Below are positions 1 through 6,545 of a DNA stretch of 6,970 nt, in pieces; position 1 is the stretch's first letter, and each line of letters starts with the position of its first letter. Both the position numbers and the translations under genes were made by a program. Below the pieces are notes generated by a model that searched no databases, was not told where the DNA came from, and saw only the letters and a list, made by a program, of their open reading frames with translations. The DNA is taken from NCBI RefSeq assembly GCF_006345805.1, contig NW_021828979.1, forward strand, positions 1 to 6,970, in the 5' to 3' direction. The stretch is from Octopus sinensis (lineage: Eukaryota).

Positions 1-118
1 CTGTAGAAACCTTGCCAGATCAGATTGGAGCCTGGTGCAGCCTCCTGTTGCCAGTCCCCACTCAAACCATCCAACCCATGCCAGCATGGAAATCAGACAT
101 TATACAATGATGATGATG

Positions 119-120
<2 letters not shown>
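1..120 (+). mobile_element. 3' end of a (GAT)n-tailed non-LTR retroposon (SINE or LINE 3' end), 'family A'; 5' part lies outside the window
   Basis: 28-110 aligns with the reverse complement of 6468-6550 (gagcctggtgcagcc...ccatc(c/t)aacccatgccagcatggaaa...). 1-45 aligns with the reverse complement of 6171-6212. Ends in (TGA)n at 108-120. Confidence 0.75.

Positions 121-155
<35 letters not shown>
121..155. repeat. (TA)n microsatellite
   Basis: Direct reading. Confidence 0.97.
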
Positions 156-157
<2 letters not shown>

Positions 158-564
158 CGTAGGAGTGGCTGTGTGGTAAGTAGCTTGCTTACCAACCACA
201 TGGTTGTGGGTTCAGTCCCACTGCGTGGCATCTTGGGCAAGTGTCTTCTGCTATAGCCCCAGGCCAACCAATGCCTTGTGAGTGGATTTGATTGATGGAA
301 ACTGAAAGAAGCCTGTCGTATGTATGTATGTATGTGTGTGTGTATATGTTTGTGTGTCTATGTTTGTTCCCCTAGCATTGCTTGACAACCGATGCTGGTG
401 TGTTTACGTCCCCGTCACTTAGCGGTTCGGCAAAGAGACCGATAAAATAAGTACTGGGCTTACAAAAATAAGTCCTGGGGTCGATTTGCTCAACTAAGGC
501 GGTGCTGCTCCAGCATGGCCGCAGTCAAATGACTGAAACAAGTAAAAGAGAGAGAGAGTAAAGA

Positions 565-566
<2 letters not shown>
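156..566 (+). mobile_element. Full-length tRNA-derived SINE with CORE-like central segment, 'family B' copy 1
   Basis: Pol III A-box TGGCTGTGTGG at 166-176 and B-box GGTTCAGTCCC at 209-219. Followed by (c/t)cttgggcaagtg, which resembles the CORE/MIR motif ccttgggcaagt. Internal (TATG)n(TG)n tract at about 319-350. Ends in an (a)aaagagt-type tail. Colinear over its full length with 5035-5448, roughly 85-90% identical by eye. Confidence 0.9.
166..219 (+). promoter_or_regulatory. Internal RNA Pol III type-2 promoter (A-box 166-176, B-box 209-219) of SINE copy 1
   Basis: Partial matches to the TGGCnnAGTGG and GGTTCGAnnCC consensus with tRNA-like spacing. Activity unknown. Confidence 0.7.

Positions 567-602
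<36 letters not shown>
567..602. repeat. (AT)n microsatellite, also the TA target site of the adjacent mariner
   Basis: Direct reading. The mariner TIR begins immediately after the final TA. Confidence 0.95.
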
Positions 603-605
<3 letters not shown>

Positions 606-1329
606 GTTGGAAACTAAGTTCCTGCTGTTTATTTTTAAATTCAAATTTTCTAAAAGGTTTAATAAGAAGTAACAACTAATTAATCAATAATGATTTCACC
701 CTTGTTGTTTACAACTTCTTCCCAACATTCAACAAGATTTTCAATACCGCGTTGGTAGAAATCACCCGATTTCAACTCGAAAAAATGATCCAACCAAGCT
801 CTCAATTCTGCATCAGTATTGAACAAAACTCCGCACATAGCATTTGAAAGAGATCGAAAGAGGTGGAAATCCATTGGTGCCAAATCAAGAGAGTACTGCG
901 GAACACATGCTCCTTACTTCTGAACCATTCCTATTGAATGAAGATGCTTCTCTATAGCAGTGTGGGAGCATTCCATTTTCTCTGCCAGTTCCCTTGTCGT
1001 TTGACAAAACTTTTCGTGCAAAAGTTGGTTTAATCGCTCTTCATTGAACTCAACTGGATGGCCAGAATGAGGTGCGTCTTTGAGGTCAAAATTTCCATTT
1101 TTGAATTTGGCATACCAATCACAAGTGGTTCTTTCAGCTATCGTGTCCTCTCCATACACAGCACAAATGTCGTGAGTAGCTTTTGCAGCATTAGAACCTT
1201 GATTAAAAGTAAAAAGAAGGTGTCGAAAATGCTCGTTTTTCTTAACTTGACATTCCATTTTAATGATCTGAGAATAAACAAAAATTAACAAAAATTAACT
1301 CGAAAAGAAACAAAATAGATTCCAAAATT
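602..1329 (-). mobile_element. Mariner (Tc1/mariner, mellifera-subfamily-like) DNA transposon remnant; 3' TIR present, 5' TIR lost, internally deleted
   Basis: End sequence ttgggttggaaactaagtt at 602-620 resembles mellifera-type TIRs (ttgggttggcaactaagt, from memory) and abuts a TA. The transposase stop lies about 78 bp inside. Transposase motifs are on the minus strand. No inverted partner of the TIR was found in the window; the sequence switches to a SINE at 1330. Confidence 0.92.
680..1258 (-). pseudogene. Mariner transposase pseudogene: N-terminal HTH DNA-binding domain fused in frame to the C-terminus, with one premature stop and most of the DD34D core deleted
   Basis: From the ATG at 1258: MECQVKKNEHFRHLL...CAVYG...W(Y)AKFKNG.F.L.D...SG.P...TTRELAEK...SHT.IEKHL...G.VQK. 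Hand translation in the same frame across 913-884 gives *GACVPQYSLD, then LAPMDFHLFRSL...FYQRGIENLVECWEEVV. This is the degraded WVPHEL linker (GACVP) joined directly to the YSPDLAPxD motif. Confidence 0.92.
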
Positions 1330-1454
1330 AACATACCAGCATCGGTTGTCAAGCGAAGTTGGGGTGGGGGGACAAACACGGACACACAAACATATGCACA
1401 GGCATACATACATACATACACACATACATACATACATACATGTGTGTGTATATA

Positions 1455-1485
<31 letters not shown>

Positions 1486-1486
1486 G

Positions 1487-1517
<31 letters not shown>

Positions 1518-1671
1518 CGATGGGCTTCTTTCAGTTTCCATCTACTAAATCCACTCACAAGGCTTTTGTCAGCCTGAGGCTATAGTAGAAGACACTTGCC
1601 CAAGGTGCCATGCAATGGGACTGAACCTGGAACCATGTGGTTCGGAAGCAAGCTTCTTCCCACAGAGTCAC
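1330..1671 (-). mobile_element. 5' half of a family B SINE (older/variant subfamily), in inverted orientation
   Basis: The reverse complement reads tgactctgtgggaagaagcttgcttccgaaccacatggttccaggttcagtcccattgcatggcaccttgggcaagtgtcttctactatagcc... through to ...gcttgacaaccgatgctggtatgtt, colinear with about 165-404. The internal microsatellite is expanded to about 140 bp (about 1381-1518). Confidence 0.88.
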
Positions 1672-1834
1672 ATGTTCCCATAACCTAGTAGTTCAGCAAA
1701 AAGAGAATGATAAATAAGCAGCAGGCTTAAAATGAAAATGAGGACCGGGATAAATTCATTCGATTAAAAACCTTTCCAGACGGTGCCCCAGCATGGCCAC
1801 ACTAAAATGACTGAAACATGTAAAAGATAAAAGA
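1672..1834 (+). mobile_element. 3' half of a family B SINE (variant subfamily), plus orientation, with tail
   Basis: atgttcccataacctagtagttcagcaaaaagaga...cggtgccccagcatggccac...aaatgactgaaacatgtaaaagataaaaga aligns to about 406-547 and 5286-5427. Shows CpG-to-TpG/CpA-type changes (cccata vs cccgt, tagtagttcagc vs tagcggttcggc). Confidence 0.82.
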
Positions 1835-1870
1835 CACGCACACTCTCACACATGATGATAATGATGATGA

Positions 1871-1904
1871 TATATATAATGGGCTTCGGCACAGTTTCCA
1901 TCTA
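1871..1904 (-). mobile_element. Short internal fragment of a family B-related SINE
   Basis: (TA)n followed by atgggcttc...cagtttccatcta, matching 1520-1544 (tgggcttctttcagtttccatcta). Confidence 0.5.
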
Positions 1905-2179
1905 ACAAACCAGAAAATTTTCTCTGACATGGTATTAAATCAACACAATGAATTTCTCACTTCTTTGCAATTAATCGATTGATCTTTATTCCATTATATT
2001 CTTGACTGGACTTCTTTGAAGCGTTTCTCAATAGGGAGCACCTGTGAGCACCTGTTGAACTCTATAAATATTGCCAGCCAATTAATTATTCATTGATTGG
2101 TTTTTCTTTGTTCATATTTTTTTCCAGATAATCTTTATACATTTTCTGCACAATCTCAACAGATTATGGATATACACAT

Positions 2180-2202
2180 CTGTCTCTTTTGCTCTATTTC
2201 CA

Positions 2203-2246
<44 letters not shown>

Positions 2247-2347
2247 ACCTTATTCCCCTTGCACTCTCTTCCTCTGTCACTTTTTTACTTTCACTTTCAC
2301 AATTAGATCTATATCTAATTACCTCTCACTTCCTCTTTCTCTCTCTT

Positions 2348-2378
<31 letters not shown>

Positions 2379-2572
2379 CTCTCTCTCTTTAATTCTTTCT
2401 CTCTCACTTTCTTTCTTTCTCTGTGTCCTCATTTCTCTCTTTCCCCAATTCTTCTTCTCTCTCTCTCTCTCTCTCTCTCTCACCTTATTCCTCTTGCACT
2501 CTCTTCCTCTGTCACTTTTTTACTTTCACTTTCACAATTAGATTTATATCTAATTACCTCTCACTTCCTCTT

Positions 2573-2612
<40 letters not shown>

Positions 2613-2703
2613 ACCTTATTCCCCTTGCACTCTCTTCCTCTGTCACTTTTTTACTTTCACTTTCACAATTAGATCTGTATCTAATTACCTCTCACTTCCT
2701 CTT

Positions 2704-2734
<31 letters not shown>

Positions 2735-2799
2735 TTAATTCTTTCTCTCCCGCTTTCTTTCTTTCTCTGTGTCCTCATTTCTCTCTTTCCTCAATTCTT

Positions 2800-2831
<32 letters not shown>

Positions 2832-3275
2832 CCTGTCTCTCTCTCTCTCTCTCACCTTATTCCTCTTGCACTCTCTTTCTCTGTCACTTTTTTTTACTTT
2901 CACTTTCACAATTAGATTTATATCTAATTACCTCTCTCTTTCTCTCTCTCTCTCTTTAATTCTTTCTCTCCCACTTTCTTTCTTTCTGTGTGTCCTCATT
3001 TCTCTCTTTCTCCAATTTCTCTCTCTCTCTCTCTCTCTTTCTGTCACTTTCTTACTCTCTCTTCTCTTTCACAATTCGATCTACATCTATTTCTCACTCA
3101 CTCTCTCTCCCTCTCGCTTCCCCTCACTCTTTCCCTCGTTCTCCTTATTTCTCTCTTTCTCTTCATCTACTCCTCTCTCACTCTCTTTCCCTCTCTCTCC
3201 CTCTTTTTCACCCTCTCACTTTCTTATCTTCCTTTTCACAATTAAATCTCTAATTCTCCCCCCCCCCCCATTTCT
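2180..3275. repeat. Compound CT-rich minisatellite: two unique modules (A about 100 bp, B about 80 bp) separated by variable (CT)n spacers
   Basis: Module A (caccttattcc..ttgcactctc..cacaattagat....atctaattacctctc) starts at 2246, 2481, 2612 and 2853. Module B (ttaattctttctctc..gtgtcctcatttctctctttc..caatt) starts at about 2389, 2735 and 2956. Degenerate A remnants at about 3041-3090 and 3233-3255. Confidence 0.92.
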
Positions 3276-3531
3276 CATTAATGCAATGAAATATAAGAAT
3301 TCATGAAAGAAAGAGCAAATATTTATTTTATGCCATAAATAGCGCCAGGTATAAGACATTATTACCAGAAGCTACAGTTCAAGGTTTTCGTTTGTCTTAA
3401 CTAATTAACGACCGTTTGCAGCTTATGAAGTGTGTCTACCTGTCTTTATGACTTTGGTCACCTTCAGGACAAACGAGATTTATTTCAATGTATCGACAAT
3501 TAGTGCAACGTTTACCTGTTTCCGTCTTTAA

Positions 3532-4328
3532 TTTCCTCCCTCCCCTCCTCCCTCCCTTCCTTCCTTCCTTCCTTCCTTTCTTCCTCCCTTCCCTTCCTTC
3601 TTTCCCTCCTCCCTTCCTTCCTTCCTTCCTCCCTTCCTTCCTTTCTTCCTCCCTCTCCTCCTCCCTCCCTTCCTTCCGTCCTTCCTTCCTCCCTTCCTTC
3701 CTCCCTTCCTTCCTTCCTTTTCTTCTCCTACCTCCCCCCCCCACTCCTCCCTCCCTCCCTTCCTTCCTTCTTCCCTTCCTCCTTTCCTTTCCTTTCTTCT
3801 CCTCTCTCCTCCCTCCCCTCCTCCCCTTAACTTCCCCCTCCCATTCCTTCCTCCCTTCCTTCCTTCCTTTCTTCTCCTCCTCCCCTCCTCCCTTACTTCC
3901 TCCCTTCCTTCCTTCTTACCTTCCTCCCTCCCTTCCTTCCTTCCTTTCTTCCTCCCTCCCCTCCTCCCTTACTTCCTCCCTTCCTTCCTTCTTCCTTCCT
4001 CCTTCCTTCCTCCCTCCCTCCCTTCCCTTCCTTCCTCCCTTCCTTTCTTCCTTCCTCCCTTCCTTTCTTCCTTCCTCCCTTCCTTCCTTCCTCCCTCCCC
4101 TTCTCCCTTTCTCCCCTCCTTCCTCCCTTCTTCCCCTCCTCCCTCCCCCCATCCCCTCCTTACTCCCCTCCTCCCTCCCTTACTCCCCTCCCTCCACCAT
4201 CCCCTCCTCCCTTCCCCCCTCCCTCCCTCCATCCCATCCCCCTTCCTTCCTTGATCTTTGTTTTATTTTATTTCATTTTCATTTCCTCCCTTCCACCCCC
4301 CACCCCACCCATTTTCTTCCATTTCTTT
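3532..4328. repeat. (CCTT)n/(CCT)n/(CCCT)n low-complexity polypyrimidine tract
   Basis: Almost only C/T on the plus strand from 3532 to about 4250, then a T-rich/C-rich fringe. Confidence 0.96.
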
Positions 4329-4428
4329 AATCTTGAGTCTCCTTGATCGAAGTTAATCCAGGATTAAACGTCAAGTCCCAGCTAAACCAATGAAGGAGTC
4401 TCCCCACCCATGGTTTGCTCAACCAGCT

Positions 4429-4594
4429 GAAATAGCAGTCAAATCTCTCTCGAATCACAACCTCCTGTCATAAGAAACGAATAACACACTGGATGATGTA
4501 CTGTTTCAATGAAAGGGAGGATGATCATGGATGGAATACCTTTGATCAAAGGCTTGCTCAGTTGTGGCTCACCAAAGAGTAGACATCAGCAACA
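4429..4594 (+). mobile_element. Dispersed repeat 'family C' (probable retroposon 3' end with an (AAC)n-like tail), copy 1; may extend further upstream
   Basis: 21-nt exact match gaaatagcagtcaaatctctc at 4429-4449 and 5775-5795. Colinear degraded similarity follows (gatg..catg..tggaat.c..tttg.tcaa). The tail remnant acatcagcaaca is interrupted by the next SINE. Confidence 0.6.
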
Positions 4595-5003
4595 GTGGAG
4601 GTGCAATGGCCTAGTGGTTAGGGCAGCGGACTCGCGGTCGGAGGATCACGGTTTCGATTCCTAGACCGGGCGTTGTGAGTGTTTATTGAGCGAAAACACC
4701 TAAAGCTCCACAAGGCTCCGGCAGGGGGTGGTGGCGGCCCCTGTTGTACTCTTTTGCTCCAACTTTCTCTCACTCTTTCTTCCTGTTTCTTCTCCCTGAC
4801 TTCCTACGCAACCGCTGAGCCTGGATGCGCATTCATCCATCCGTCGATGCTCTCGGTGTCGGGGGTTGACCTACTTTCTCCTCTGCGAGTCTTACGAATA
4901 GCAAAGGACCACGTTTTGGACTTCTCCCACTACAGACAATCCTTAGACGCGATCTTGCGAGCTCTGGAACGAAGACCGCTTCGCTCAACAAACAAACAAA
5001 CAA
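4595..5003 (+). mobile_element. tRNA-derived SINE, second family ('family D'), CpG-rich, (AAAC)n tail, flanked by a probable 12-bp TSD
   Basis: A-box TGGCCTAGTGG at 4607-4617 and B-box GTTTCGATTCC at 4651-4661. The tRNA-like head loosely resembles tRNA-Arg (gcggactcgcggtcggagg vs tctgactncggatcagaag). (AAAC)n tail at 4987-5003. Flanks acatcagcaaca (4583-4594) and acatcaacaaca (5004-5015) match 11/12. Confidence 0.85.
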
Positions 5004-5034
5004 ACATCAACAACAACAATAATAATAAGCATTA

Positions 5035-5448
5035 GGCGCAGGAGTGGCTGTGTGGTAAAGTAGCTTGTTTACTAACCACATGGTTCCGGGTTCAGTCCCA
5101 CTGCGTGGCACCTTGGGCAAGTGCCTTCTACTATAGCCTCACGCCGACCAAAGCCTTGTGAGTGGATGTGGTAGACAGAAACTGAAAGAAGCCCATCGTA
5201 TATATGTATATATATGTGCGTGTGTGTGTTTGTGTGTCTGTGTTTGTCCCCCTAGCATTGCTTGAAAACCGATGCTGGTGTGATTATGTCCCCGTTACTT
5301 AGCGGTTCGGCAAAAGAGACCAATAGAATAAGTACTGGGCTTACAAAAGAATAAGTCCCGGGGTCGAGTTGCTCGATTAAAGGCGGTGCTCCAGCATGGC
5401 CGCAGTCAAATGACTGAAACAAGTAAATGAGTAAAAGAGTAAAAGAGT
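5035..5448 (+). mobile_element. Full-length family B SINE, copy 2
   Basis: A-box 5045-5055, B-box 5089-5099, ccttgggcaagtg CORE-like motif, internal (TA/TG)n tract, (aaaagagt)n tail. Colinear with 156-566. Possible 4-bp TSD atta at 5031-5034 and 5449-5452. Confidence 0.9.
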
Positions 5449-5774
5449 ATTATTTATTGTAATATAAGGAACAAAGTGCAATTCACCTACCTCTCAGGTC
5501 CTCTCAGTGTCAACTTTCCAGGTGGATTACATTCGAAGGGTACCCTATGAGCCTAGCTCCTGGCCAGAACCTAACAGCAAACTCCCTCTAGATCAAACAT
5601 ACACATGTGTCCATACACCGTGACCACCCCGAAGCAAGAGACCCATGCTATTCTTACTTCTGCTTATGTGAAATCCCTCGCTGCTGGTCTTCCTGTAGGG
5701 CCCCTCAGCCACTGATACCACAGACACTATGCTTCTGGTTCATCACATCCCCCCCTTATATCCTTTATGATATA

Positions 5775-5962
5775 GAAATAGCAGTCAAATCTCTCCTTCA
5801 AATTACTCTCTAATATCTTCAAACAGGAAGGACACAGAATAATTTAGTTCTATATACATAAACAATGGTTAAGAAACAGTCAAGATGGCCATGTTTGGAA
5901 TGCTATTTGCTCAAGCTTTTGTTCATTTAGAACTGATTGAAACTAAACAACAGCAGCAACAA
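5775..5962 (+). mobile_element. Family C repeat, copy 2, ending in an (AAC/CAG)n tail
   Basis: Match to 4429-4573 as described. Ends in ctaaacaacagcagcaacaa. Confidence 0.58.
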
Positions 5963-6139
5963 TTAATCCCAGTCATGCACTGGGGGAGTAATAAGTGGAG
6001 CAGATACCATAACTATGAATGAATGAGTGTCAGAGACCTCACATACAATCATCACTATCTGTTCTTTGTGTCGTTATTTCCAAGTTCTTCAGGTTTCAAG
6101 TTCTAGTCTGACCTGATTAGCTGTCAGAGTTTACTCTCT

Positions 6140-6217
6140 TGCTGGCGTGGGTTGGACAGTTCGACTGAGAAGGCTGCACCAGACTCCAATCGAATCTGGC
6201 AAAGTTTCTACAGCTGG
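6140..6217 (-). mobile_element. Degenerate family A fragment without tail
   Basis: gctggcgtgggttggacagttcgactgag-aaggctgcaccagactccaatcgaatctggcaaagtttctacag matches the reverse complement of 1-87. Relative to the 6404-6545 copy it lacks 14 nt (gaccggtgagccag), with AG microhomology at the junction. Confidence 0.7.
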
Positions 6218-6403
6218 GCAAACCTTGTTGGTGGGGTCAGCTTAGTCACTGATGATGACCCAACCATGCAACAGGGTGCATCAGACAACATTTTACTAGT
6301 AATACCTGTCAGCAATCTACCACAATCAACCCTATAACACTCCTAAAAATGTTTACCTTTCATCAACACTTATTATTATCATTCTCTTAATCCTGGCTCA
6401 AAT

Positions 6404-6414
6404 CATCATCATCC

Positions 6415-6470
<56 letters not shown>

Positions 6471-6545
6471 GTTTAACGTTTGCTTTCCATGCTGGCATGG
6501 GTTAGATGGCTTGACTGAGGACCGGTGAGCCAGAAGGCTGCACCA
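6404..6545 (-). mobile_element. 5'-truncated family A retroposon with (CAT)n = (GAT)n tail and 9-bp TSD
   Basis: (ATC)n at 6402-6470, then gtttaacgtttgctttccatgctggcatgggtt...aggctgcacca. Direct repeat GGCTCAAAT at 6395-6403 and 6546-6554. Confidence 0.85.

Noticed and set aside
35-675. ORFs 35-256, 490-675, and likewise 1349-1558 and 1359-1577
   Set aside because: These are read-through of SINE sequence and (TA)n tracts (IYIYIY).
1058-1288. 76-aa plus-strand ORF
   Set aside because: It is the antisense shadow of the transposase frame.
1835-2180. Displaced 5' TIR of the mariner beyond the SINE
   Set aside because: I searched for aacttagtt(t/g)ccaaccc and found no match, so the end is treated as deleted.
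2246-2930. CRISPR-like repeat-spacer array (palindromic repeat)
   Set aside because: The spacers are not unique (they are CT tracts and a repeated B module), the period is irregular, the context is eukaryotic and no cas genes are present.
3401-3531. Possible exon or micro-exon (ctaat...tttgcag acceptor on plus; CAG/GTAAAC and CAG/GTAGAC donors on minus)
   Set aside because: No consistent acceptor-donor pair giving a recognisable peptide. The candidate 22-nt minus-strand micro-exon is frame-shifting. Chance-level signals.
2097-4330. Long S/L/F/P-rich plus-strand ORFs and G/R/E/K-rich minus-strand ORFs (up to 280 aa)
   Set aside because: They are stop-free only because pure C/T or G/A tracts cannot encode stop codons. 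No coding signature.
4595-4670. Possible genuine tRNA gene
   Set aside because: I could not close an acceptor stem or a canonical anticodon arm. It continues into a SINE body with tail and TSD.
4679-5035. 118-aa ORF
   Set aside because: It lies wholly within the family D SINE, starts at a non-ATG codon and ends in the microsatellite tail. No recognisable domain.
5968-5984. Hairpin CCCAGT-catgc-ACTGGG, and the 9-bp inverted repeat at 3388-3396 and 3468-3476
   Set aside because: Stems this short are expected by chance in 7 kb, and there is no supporting context.
5607-6337. ORFs 5607-5813 and 6152-6337
   Set aside because: They are short, start at non-ATG codons, run into family C or family A repeats and have no recognisable motifs.
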